A DNA stretch of 64,000 nt from the NCBI GenBank assembly GCA_004297215.1, contig SCUM01000001.1, positions 219,642 to 283,641 of the forward strand, given 5' to 3'. The notes below the pieces were generated by a model that worked only from the letters and a program-made list of their open reading frames with translations, searched no databases and was not told where the DNA came from. Both the position numbers and the translations under genes were made by a program. Position 1 is the stretch's first letter, and every line of letters begins with the position of its first letter. Shown one piece after another: positions 17,223 to 25,319 of this stretch. The stretch comes from Patescibacteria group bacterium. GTDB lineage: Bacteria; Patescibacteriota; Patescibacteriia; UBA9934; GWF2-40-263.

Positions 17223-18012
17223 ACCCAAAAAACCCCATGTACCACGTGAGGATCGGTCGTCCGAACAGCAGCATCACGAGCGTTGCCAGGGTAAGGAACG
17301 TGCCGAACGGGACCTGCGTCTGCCAGGCCGCCTTCTCGCGCTGGATGAGGAAGAGCCCCACGACGGCACCCAGGGCATAGGCGATGAACAGGGCGCCCAG
17401 CGCGTCCTTCCAGCCGAGCATGAATCCCATGAGCACGCCCAGGCGGATGTCCCCGCCGCCGATCCAGCGGCCTTTGGAGAACAGGTATTGGGCCAGGAAG
17501 AATCCGCCCAGGATCAGCCCTCCCGACAGGAGATCGTACGGATGGAAGGTGCCAACCCACACGTTGAAGGCGAACGCGATCGCCATGGCCGGGACCGTGA
17601 ACCGATCCAGGATGAGGTAATACTTGAGGTCGTAGACGAACAGGAGCATCAGGGAGGTGACGAACGCCAGGTCGCGCAGGAAGAACGCCACCGACTGCAT
17701 CGGGGAAAGCTCCGGCGGCAAGCCGAATCCGTACATGAACCGGAGGTAAAAGACGAAAAACAGCAGCCCGGTGCCGAATTCCACCAGCGGGTACTGCCAG
17801 GAGATGCGCTCGCCGCAGCTTCGGCACTTGCCGCGCAGCGCGATGAAGCTCAAGACCGGGATCAGGTCCTTTGGGGCGATTTGCGCCTGGCAGGACAGGC
17901 AACGCGAACGCCCGCCAAAAGAACTCCCGGCGTTCGTGCGCAGGATGACCACGTTGAGGAAGCTCCCGACCGAGAGCCCGATGACGAAGGCCAAGAGCGC
18001 GCCCATCATCAT
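17221..18012 (-). CDS. pilD: type IV prepilin peptidase (A24 family)
   Basis: MMMGALLAFVIGLSVGSFLNVVILR, a Cys pair and polytopic TMs. Internal start abuts the upstream stop. Confidence 0.8.
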   Translation of the reverse strand: MMMGALLAFVIGLSVGSFLNVVILRTNAGSSFGGRSRCLSCQAQIAPKDLIPVLSFIALRGKCRSCGERISWQYPLVEFGTGLLFFVFYLRFMYGFGLPPELSPMQSVAFFLRDLAFVTSLMLLFVYDLKYYLILDRFTVPAMAIAFAFNVWVGTFHPYDLLSGGLILGGFFLAQYLFSKGRWIGGGDIRLGVLMGFMLGWKDALGALFIAYALGAVVGLFLIQREKAAWQTQVPFGTFLTLATLVMLLFGRPILTWYMGFFG

Positions 18013-18014
18013 AG

Positions 18015-18506
18015 CTAGAGGCGGCAGGCGCCGGCCGAGAGCCCGTCCGGACTCGCGCAGTTGAGGCCCTTCGCGAGGCCGGCCTCGGGCCAATTCCCTT
18101 CGAGCTCGAATTGGATGCGGTACGTGGAATCTTCCCGGATGGAGAGGTAGCACAACGCATCCGCCTCGCCGGCGCAGGAGGCCAGGCCATCGAGCCCCTT
18201 GACGACCGTGGCCGGGACCCTGCGCAGGAACGTGGCGCCGGCGCAGGAGGCGGCGAACCCCTCTTCGCCCAAACATCCGGTCTCAAGCACGCCCAGCGCG
18301 ATCCCTTCCCCTCCCGGCGGGTAGGCGTTCTTCTGGTTGAAGTAATTCTCCATGGCCGCCTGGACCTGGCGAACGTTAGAAAGACGCACGGCGTCCCGCG
18401 CCTGCGCGCGAGCCGCGTTCACCTCGACCGCGGCGAACGCGCCGATGAGGCCGATCGCCAGCAGGCCGGCCAGGATCTGGATGATCTTGCGCTGTCGTTC
18501 CTCCAT
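18015..18506 (-). CDS. pilin-like protein with non-canonical N-terminus (no G/FxxxE prepilin motif) and C-terminal Cys pairs
   Basis: Hydrophobic N-helix followed by ARDAVRLSNVRQVQAAMENYF...YP, a pilin-like signature. Start at the internal Met. Confidence 0.45.
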   Translation of the reverse strand: MEERQRKIIQILAGLLAIGLIGAFAAVEVNAARAQARDAVRLSNVRQVQAAMENYFNQKNAYPPGGEGIALGVLETGCLGEEGFAASCAGATFLRRVPATVVKGLDGLASCAGEADALCYLSIREDSTYRIQFELEGNWPEAGLAKGLNCASPDGLSAGACRL

Positions 18507-18527
18507 AGGGTCTGGATGAAGAATGTG

Positions 18528-18581
18528 GGATGAAGGATGTAGGATTTCTTTGCGTATCCTACATCCTACATCCTTCATCCT
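18528..18581. promoter_or_regulatory. 19-bp perfect inverted repeat GGGATGAAGGATGTAGGAT / ATCCTACATCCTTCATCC(C) with heptamer duplications, between response-regulator stop and pilin start
   Basis: Seen directly. It overlaps the last codons of the response regulator. Confidence 0.45.
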
Positions 18582-18969
18582 ACATTCTAACCCGTTCCTT
18601 TACGAGCCGCTCCACGTGCGCGCGCGTTTCCGTCGGCGTGACATGGCCCTTGAGCAGGTATCCGTCCGTGCCGCAGGCAAGCGTCTCGCGCACATGCTCG
18701 CGGTCCCCGCGCGCCGTGAGCGCGACCACGACGATGCCGGAGCTGGTCGGGTCTTCCTTGAGCGCGCGGACGAGCGCGAACGCCTCCGGCACCGTATCGG
18801 CGTCGAGGAGCATCGCGTCCGGAGCCTTCTTCGCGACGAGCTTGCGCGCCTCCTTCGCGTCCGGCGCGAGGCGCGCGACCCACCGGGCCGCCTCGAACCG
18901 CCGCGCGTAGATGCCGGCGAACGTCGCGTCCGGATCAACGATGAGCAGCTGGCGCTTGCGGGCAGGCAC
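18580..18969 (-). CDS. stand-alone response regulator receiver (CheY-like) protein
   Basis: 129 aa with LLIVDPD, MLLDAD, VVALTARGD and the GTDGYLLKG receiver motifs. Confidence 0.7.
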   Translation of the reverse strand: MPARKRQLLIVDPDATFAGIYARRFEAARWVARLAPDAKEARKLVAKKAPDAMLLDADTVPEAFALVRALKEDPTSSGIVVVALTARGDREHVRETLACGTDGYLLKGHVTPTETRAHVERLVKERVRM

Positions 18970-18970
18970 A

Positions 18971-20083
18971 CTACTCGATGTCGCGCATCGCGAGCCCGAT
19001 CGACACGGCCATGCGCGGTCCGATCTCGTCGAGCACCGGACGCAGGTCCGCCGGGTAGGACACCCGCGCCCACGGGTCGCCGCGATAGACGTTCAGGTTG
19101 AGCGAGGCGGAGAGGAACTCGGGCACGCCCGGGAGATGCGCGCTGCCGCCGGTCACCACCACCTTTTCCACCTTCTTGAACTCCGTGAGCTCCATGCGCG
19201 CGTACAGCTGGAGCGCGTACTGGATCTCGTGGAGGATGGGTCCCATCGCAGCCTCCACCGCGGGCGGGAGCTTGCCTCCGGGCATGGCCGGCTGGTTCCC
19301 CAGGTCGGTCTTGATCTGTTCGGCCTCCGATTCGGGCACCGACATCTGCTCCATGATCTTCTTCGTGACGGACGATCCTCCCACGTTGATGGACCTGGTG
19401 AGGAACGGGATGCCTTTCTCGACCACGGTGATGTTCGTGCGCCCGAACCCGATGTCGAGGATGAGCACCGCGCTCTTGTCCTTGCCGATCAGGCTGCGGA
19501 TGAGGGCGAAGGACTCGGTATCGATCGCCTGGAGCTCGAGCTTGGCCGTGCGGAAGATCTCGATGTACTTCTGCACGAGCGTCTTGGCCGCGCCCGTGAC
19601 GAGCACGCGCACGTAGTCGGACGGCTTGCCAGCCGGAACCGTTTGTTCTTTTCCTGCGGCCTTCGTGCCTGAGGCCTTCCCCGCCTGCAGAGGATCGATG
19701 AACGTCGAATAGGTGATCATCTCCGAGATGGGAAGCGGGGTGAGCTTGGCCACCTGCGCGTCGATGAGCGGTTTCATCTCCTTCTCGTCCTTGCGCCGCG
19801 GCACCGCCACGATCGTCGAAAAGATCGAGGACAGCGGGAGCGCCGCCATGGCCTTGTTCGTCTTCACCCCGGCGCGCTTGCACAGTTCGGCAAGCGTCTC
19901 CCCGGCGCCCTTGACGTCCTCGAACGGCGAAACCACGGCCTCTCCCGGCTTGCGCTCGGAATAGCCGTAGGTCAGCAGCGTGGCGCGGCCCTTCTCGTTG
20001 GAAAGCTCCACCACCTTGACCCCCCCGGCGCCGACGTCCACGCCGAGGAAACTTTGCTTTTTCGGAGCGCCGAACAGGGCCAT
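18971..20083 (-). CDS. pilM: type IV pilus assembly protein PilM (actin-like ATPase)
   Basis: SFLGVDVGAGGVKVVELS N-terminus and the actin fold ~350 aa. Confidence 0.75.
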   Translation of the reverse strand: MALFGAPKKQSFLGVDVGAGGVKVVELSNEKGRATLLTYGYSERKPGEAVVSPFEDVKGAGETLAELCKRAGVKTNKAMAALPLSSIFSTIVAVPRRKDEKEMKPLIDAQVAKLTPLPISEMITYSTFIDPLQAGKASGTKAAGKEQTVPAGKPSDYVRVLVTGAAKTLVQKYIEIFRTAKLELQAIDTESFALIRSLIGKDKSAVLILDIGFGRTNITVVEKGIPFLTRSINVGGSSVTKKIMEQMSVPESEAEQIKTDLGNQPAMPGGKLPPAVEAAMGPILHEIQYALQLYARMELTEFKKVEKVVVTGGSAHLPGVPEFLSASLNLNVYRGDPWARVSYPADLRPVLDEIGPRMAVSIGLAMRDIE

Positions 20084-20107
20084 AACCGGCTCAGTATACC
20101 ACAACGG

Positions 20108-20509
20108 TCAGGTGTGCGCGTCCAGACACGCATTCACCGCCGCATCCGCCTCCGTGTTCTGCTCGCGTCGCACGTGCTTGAACGTGACGCGCTTGAAGCC
20201 GAGGGCGAGGTTGTGCACCTGCATGAACAGCTTCGCGAGGTCCGGATTCTTCACCTTATACTCGCCCTTGAGCTGCTTCACCGCCAGTTCCGAATCCATG
20301 CGCATCTCCACTTCCGTCGCCCCATGCCGCTTGGCCGCTTCGAGCGCGATGACGATGCCGGTGTACTCCGCCACGTTGTTGGTGGCGCGACCCAGGAACC
20401 GCGAGAGCGTCTCGAGCACTTCGCCGTCCGCGGTCTTCACGACCGCGCCGCCGCACGCCGGCCCCGGGTTGCCGCGCGATCCTCCGTCGGAATAGGTGAT
20501 GAGTTTCAT
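20108..20509 (-). CDS. rnhA: ribonuclease HI
   Basis: MKLITYSDGGSRGNPG, with DEDD catalytic residues in the pattern. Confidence 0.85.
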   Translation of the reverse strand: MKLITYSDGGSRGNPGPACGGAVVKTADGEVLETLSRFLGRATNNVAEYTGIVIALEAAKRHGATEVEMRMDSELAVKQLKGEYKVKNPDLAKLFMQVHNLALGFKRVTFKHVRREQNTEADAAVNACLDAHT

Positions 20510-20523
20510 ACGGATAGGCAGGA

Positions 20524-20588
20524 AGGCCTCAGACGTGAAGGCGTTAAGGGTAATCCCTGAGGCCTTGTCCGCCTAAGGCCTTCACGCC
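20524..20588. repeat. full-length copy of dispersed palindromic REP/MITE-like element (L-arm units ..GTGAAGGCGTTAAGG / centre / R-arm CCTGAGGCCTTGTCCGCCTAAGGCCTTCACGCC)
   Basis: Shares the core GGCCTTGTCCGCCTGAGGCC with at least 12 other loci. It supplies the recJ stop codon. Confidence 0.8.
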
Positions 20589-22396
20589 TTCAAGTCAACG
20601 ATCCTCAACTGCAATTCCCGGTTCCCCTTCCACTCGTTCACGCCTAATTCGAAGGCGACGTCCAATGCCTGCCCCGGTTTCAGTCGCTTCACCCATTCCC
20701 CGAACCGGAACCCGATGAACTTGGCTATTCTCCCACCCTTGCCGCGCGCCGACAACCGGAGATGCTTCCCGTCCGCGCCGACCGTGTCAAAGGCGACGAC
20801 GGTCGCGCGCGAGGCGAACAATGGACGCGGGTTCTTCTCGCCGAACGGTTCGAGTTTCTGCACGGCCTCGAGCAACGCCCAATCCACGTCCTCGAGGTCG
20901 AGGTCGGCGTCCACGCGCAGGATCGGACGCAAGTCATCCGGCTTGATGTGCGCGTCGGCGTGCTTATGGAGCGATTCGACGAGGAACGCGAACCGTTCTT
21001 CCCCGCTCACCGAAAACCCGCACGCCTGCGGATGCCCGCCGAACCGATCGAGGTGTTCCTTGCACGCGTGAAGCGCCGCGGTCACGTCGAACCCGCCGAA
21101 GCTACGGCCGGAGCCGACATAACGCTCGCCATCTTTTCCGACCGCATACACCGGACGACAAAAATCGTTCACCAACTTGCCCGCGACGAGCCCGACGAGT
21201 CCCGGCGACCAGCCGGCGCTTGAGACGATGACGCACTTCGTGTCACCGGGATCGCCGACGAGACGCTTCGCCTCCTGATACATCGCCTCGGACGCCTTCT
21301 GACGATCTGCGTTCACTTCGTTGAGACGCATGGCAAGCTCGGCCGCTCGCGTCGGGTCTTCTTCGAGCAACAACTCGACCGCGCCACGTGCGTGCTCCAT
21401 GCGTCCAGCTGCATTCAGCCGCGGTCCGATCTGAAAACCTATGGTCACGGTGTCGAGCTCCCCGCCCTTGTTACCAGCCGCCTCGAGGAGTTTTTGGATG
21501 CCCACGCGCCGCGTCTTGTTGAGCACTTTGAGCCCATACGTCTCGAGCACGCGGTTCTCCCCCATGAGCGGCATCACGTCCGTGACGGTCGCGATGGCGA
21601 CGAGGTCGAGCAGCCATTTCTCATACCCTTCCGCGAAGCTCGCACCACGTTTAGATGCCTCATGGATAAGCGCGCTCGCCAACTTAAAGGCGACTCCTGT
21701 CCCGCACAGCGTCTTGTTCGGATACGTCTCCCCTGGCACTTGCGGGTGCAGCAGGATGGCCGCGTCCGGGAGCGCGTCGGGCACGGCATGGTGATCGCAC
21801 ACGATGGTGTCCACGCCCAGCTCGCGGCCCCGGTCGATCGCGTCCTTGTTGGAAATGCCGCAGTCCACGGTGATGACCAGCTTTGTCCCTTCGGCCGCAA
21901 GCTTTTCCATGGTCGCGACGGACAGGCCGTAGCCTTCCTTCTCGCGGTGAGGGATATAGGAGGAGAGCTGAAAGGCGGTAGAGGCCCGCAGGCCCGCAGG
22001 GTTTTCCCTGAAAGCCTTGTCCGCCTGGGGGCCTTGTCCGCCTAACGATCGACAGATGTCGCACAGCGTGGACATGAGCACGGTCGTGCCGCACACGCCG
22101 TCCGCGTCGTAGTCGCCGTGGACCGTGATGCGCTCGCCGGCCTCAAGCGCCGCGAAGACGCGCTCAACGGCCGCTTGCATGTTGCGAAACATCGAGGGCG
22201 AGTGCGCATCACGACTCCAATCCGGCCCCAGGAACACGTCCATTTCGGCTTGGGTCCTCACTCCCCTGTTCCACAGCAACCGTAATGCCACCGGATGCAC
22301 GTCCGGGAATGCCGCCCGAGCCTCGTCGGGCACGGCCGGATCGGTTATCCACACGCGCTCTTTCATGGCACGAGGATAGCACAAACGGACCCGCAC
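20582..22396 (-). CDS. recJ: single-stranded-DNA-specific exonuclease RecJ
   Basis: DHH motifs (HGDYDADG) and DHHA1. Contains a ~26-codon in-frame REP insertion (..GGQGPQADKAFRENPAGLRAS..). Confidence 0.88.
   Translation of the reverse strand: MRVRLCYPRAMKERVWITDPAVPDEARAAFPDVHPVALRLLWNRGVRTQAEMDVFLGPDWSRDAHSPSMFRNMQAAVERVFAALEAGERITVHGDYDADGVCGTTVLMSTLCDICRSLGGQGPQADKAFRENPAGLRASTAFQLSSYIPHREKEGYGLSVATMEKLAAEGTKLVITVDCGISNKDAIDRGRELGVDTIVCDHHAVPDALPDAAILLHPQVPGETYPNKTLCGTGVAFKLASALIHEASKRGASFAEGYEKWLLDLVAIATVTDVMPLMGENRVLETYGLKVLNKTRRVGIQKLLEAAGNKGGELDTVTIGFQIGPRLNAAGRMEHARGAVELLLEEDPTRAAELAMRLNEVNADRQKASEAMYQEAKRLVGDPGDTKCVIVSSAGWSPGLVGLVAGKLVNDFCRPVYAVGKDGERYVGSGRSFGGFDVTAALHACKEHLDRFGGHPQACGFSVSGEERFAFLVESLHKHADAHIKPDDLRPILRVDADLDLEDVDWALLEAVQKLEPFGEKNPRPLFASRATVVAFDTVGADGKHLRLSARGKGGRIAKFIGFRFGEWVKRLKPGQALDVAFELGVNEWKGNRELQLRIVDLKA
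21966..22043. repeat. REP-like element inserted in-frame inside recJ CDS
   Basis: GCCTTGTCCGCCTGGGGGCCTTGTCCGCCT plus an AGGCCCGCAGGCCCGCAGG arm. It interrupts the conserved DHH region. Confidence 0.75.
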
Positions 22397-22408
22397 GGGT
22401 CCGTTTGC

Positions 22409-24202
22409 CTACCCCCGTTTCAGCACGCTCATGTACGCCTCGCTCGGGATGTCGACGGAGCCGCGGCCGAACTCGGCCATCTTGGCCTTGCCCTTCTTCT
22501 GCTTCTCGAGGAGCTTGCGCTTGCGCGTGACGTCGCCGCCGTAGAGCTTGGCCGTGACGTCCTTGCGCATGGCGCTGATGCGCTCGCTTGCCACGATCTT
22601 GCCGCCCACCGCGGCCTGCAGCTTGATCACGAAGTTCTGCGCCGGGATGCTTTCCTTGAGGCTCTCGAGCATGCGGCGGCCCACGCGGTCGGCCTCGTCG
22701 CGATAGACGAGCGACGCGAACGCTTCGACCGGTTCTTCCGCGACCAGGATGTCCAATTTCACGACGTCCGCGACGCGAAAATCCATCAGCTCGTAGTTGA
22801 GGCTGGCGTACCCGCTGGTGACCGACTTGAGCTTGTCGTAGAAATCCACGATCACCATGGCGAGCGGGATCTCGTAGTGGAGGATGACCCGGTTCTCGGA
22901 CAGGTATTCGGTGTCCTTGTAGATGCCCCGGCGATCCGTGACCAGCTGCATCACGCCGCCGATGTGGTCGCTGGGCGTGACGATGTCGGCCTTCACCCAC
23001 GGCTCCTCGATCTCCTTGATGTGCGACATGTCGGGAAGCTCCGAGGGGGACTTCACGACGAGCGTCTCCCCGGACATCTTGAGCACCTTGTACGCCACGC
23101 TCGGCACGGTCACCACGAGCTCGATGTCGAACTCGCGCGACAGGCGCTCCTTCACGATCTCCATGTGCAGCATGCCCAGCAACCCGCAGCGGAACCCGTA
23201 GCCGAGCGCGGGCGAATGCTCGGGCTCGTAGGTGAGCGAGGCGTCGTTGAGCTTGAGCCGCTCCATCCCCTCGCGCAATCGCGCGAAGTCGAACCCTTCC
23301 TTGGGGAACAGCCCGGCGAACACCATGGGCCGCACCTCGCGGTACCCGGAGAGCGCCTCGGTGGCCGGCACCTTGAGGCTCGTGACCGTGTCGCCCACGC
23401 GGCAGGCCGCGATGTCCTTGAACCCGGTCACGACGTAGCCGATCTGCCCGCATTCGAGCTCGGGCATGGCGTCGAAGCGGCCCGGGCGCAGCGCGCCCAC
23501 GTCGAGCAGCTCGCCGTCGCTGCGGCTGGCCATCATCAGGATCCTGTCGCCCTTCTTGAACGCGCCGTCCACCACGCGCACGTACGCCACCACGCCCTTG
23601 TAGTCGTCGTAGGCCGAGTCGAACACGAGCGCGCGGGCGCTCGCCGCGGGGTTCCCTTCCGGCGCAGGCACGCGCTCCACGATGGCGTCGAGAAGTTCAG
23701 GAACGCCCTGCCCCGTCTTTCCGCTCACCAGCAGCACGTCTTCCTCCTTGCATCCGATGAGCTGCACCAGCTCGGCCATGCGCCGTGGCACGTCGGCGGC
23801 GGGCATGTCGATCTTGTTGAGCGCCGGGATGATCACGAGGTCTTCGGCGAGCGCGAGGTACAGGTTGCCGATGGTCTGCGCCTGCACGCCCTGCGTGGCG
23901 TCCACGAGCAGCACCGCGCCTTCCACGGCCGCGAGCGAGCGCGACACCTCGTAGTTGAAATCGACGTGGCCAGGGGTGTCGATCAGGTTGAGGATATGGC
24001 CCTTGTGGGTCATGCGCGCCGGAGCGAGCTTGATGGTGATCCCGCGTTCGCGCTCGAGGTCCATGGAGTCGAGCATCTGGTCCTTCATCTGACGCTTGTC
24101 GACCGTCCCGGTGACCTCAAGCAGCCGGTCGGAAAGCGTGGACTTCCCGTGGTCGATGTGCGCGATGATGCAGAAGTTGCGGATCTTGGACTGGGGAACC
24201 AT
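22409..24202 (-). CDS. lepA: elongation factor 4 (LepA)
   Basis: IRNFCIIAHIDHGKST G-domain and the LepA C-terminal domain. Confidence 0.92.
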   Translation of the reverse strand: MVPQSKIRNFCIIAHIDHGKSTLSDRLLEVTGTVDKRQMKDQMLDSMDLERERGITIKLAPARMTHKGHILNLIDTPGHVDFNYEVSRSLAAVEGAVLLVDATQGVQAQTIGNLYLALAEDLVIIPALNKIDMPAADVPRRMAELVQLIGCKEEDVLLVSGKTGQGVPELLDAIVERVPAPEGNPAASARALVFDSAYDDYKGVVAYVRVVDGAFKKGDRILMMASRSDGELLDVGALRPGRFDAMPELECGQIGYVVTGFKDIAACRVGDTVTSLKVPATEALSGYREVRPMVFAGLFPKEGFDFARLREGMERLKLNDASLTYEPEHSPALGYGFRCGLLGMLHMEIVKERLSREFDIELVVTVPSVAYKVLKMSGETLVVKSPSELPDMSHIKEIEEPWVKADIVTPSDHIGGVMQLVTDRRGIYKDTEYLSENRVILHYEIPLAMVIVDFYDKLKSVTSGYASLNYELMDFRVADVVKLDILVAEEPVEAFASLVYRDEADRVGRRMLESLKESIPAQNFVIKLQAAVGGKIVASERISAMRKDVTAKLYGGDVTRKRKLLEKQKKGKAKMAEFGRGSVDIPSEAYMSVLKRG

Positions 24203-24221
24203 ACGTGCGCGCATCCTAATA

Positions 24222-24246
24222 GAAAAAGCCCTGGAAATCCAGGGCG
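24222..24246 (-). terminator. intrinsic terminator (GCCCTGGA-AAT-CCAGGGC + T-run on minus strand)
   Basis: Seen directly, downstream of the 147-aa gene. Confidence 0.55.
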
Positions 24247-24277
24247 CGAAGGCGCGGGGACGGGCCGAAGCGGCGGG

Positions 24278-24721
24278 TCAATCCTCTTCGATGAGGCGTA
24301 CGGCGCGCTCGAGATCGGCACGCGAGTCCGAATCGAGCTGTTCGCGGGCGAGGACGAAGCCCGCATCCGCGCTGTTCGCGAGCGTCTTGTCCACGTCCGA
24401 GCGCACGGCATGACGCACTTCGGCGTAGCACAGCGCGCGCTGGTAGGCGCTTTCCATCCTCGACGCGAGGGCGAGCGCTTGGGCGTACTGCCCGAGCCCG
24501 ACGTGCGCGTCCACGACGAAACCGCGGGCCGCGTCGCGCAGCCACGGGTCGCGGATGCGCGCGATCTCCTCCAGCGCGGCGACGAACACCGCCTCGGCCT
24601 GGCCCGGCTCGACCTGCGTGGCGAGCTTGGCGAGGCGCGCGGCGCGGCGGATGGGATCTCGCAGGGCACGGGTGCTCTCGACGAGCGAGAGGATTTTGGA
24701 AGGTCCGTGGTTCTTCGACAT
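24278..24721 (-). CDS. hypothetical protein (147 aa, alpha-helical)
   Basis: C-terminal portion of ORF 24278..25282 starting at the internal Met. Followed by a terminator. Confidence 0.45.
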   Translation of the reverse strand: MSKNHGPSKILSLVESTRALRDPIRRAARLAKLATQVEPGQAEAVFVAALEEIARIRDPWLRDAARGFVVDAHVGLGQYAQALALASRMESAYQRALCYAEVRHAVRSDVDKTLANSADAGFVLAREQLDSDSRADLERAVRLIEED

Positions 24722-24837
24722 GCTTCCTCCTTGGGTTGAAGCCCCACGAAGATACCCGCTTCGGACGCGAGCGTCAATCCGCGGAAAAAGAAAACACCCT
24801 GGGACCCAGGATGCGAGCGTCGTGGTGGCGCGCGGCA

Positions 24838-25275
24838 TCAGGCCATGGAGCCGCGTGGCACGATCGAGGACTTGGTCGGGACGCGCACGTCCATCATCAC
24901 CACCTGCGCGCGACGCCTGGGATCCCTGATGTACGGCACCAGGTCGTTGGCCGCGTCGACCGCCCCGATGCGCACGAAGAGCTCGAGCGCCTTCTCGATC
25001 CTCGCCTCGAGCGCGTTCGCGTCGAGCCGTTCGAGGCAGTACGACGCCCGGTTGGCGAGATTCCTCGCCTGCGACCTCTTGTCCATCCTCTCGGCGAAGC
25101 GCACCACGAGCAGCATGGCGTCCGCCTTGCGCCGCGGTTCGACGGCGCGCAACGCCTGCTGCTCGGCCTTCCACAACGGCACGTCGAGGTGGGCCCACCC
25201 GTCGCCGGTCTCGACGTAGCGCTCCACTTCCTTGAAAAAAGGATCTAACGCGAACACGGACATCGTTTCCTCCAT
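24838..25275 (-). CDS. hypothetical protein (145 aa)
   Basis: ORF with plausible composition. Competing plus-strand ORFs look like GC artefacts. Confidence 0.35.
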   Translation of the reverse strand: MEETMSVFALDPFFKEVERYVETGDGWAHLDVPLWKAEQQALRAVEPRRKADAMLLVVRFAERMDKRSQARNLANRASYCLERLDANALEARIEKALELFVRIGAVDAANDLVPYIRDPRRRAQVVMMDVRVPTKSSIVPRGSMA

Positions 25276-25319
25276 TTGGCAACGCGGATGGTACGCCCGC
25301 GTGAGACGGGCGTCAACCG

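Noticed and set aside
24722-25282. N-terminal part of ORF 24278..25282
   Set aside because: Arg-rich artefact overlapping the 24838..25275 ORF. Only the terminal 147 aa, from a Met with a terminator downstream, are kept.
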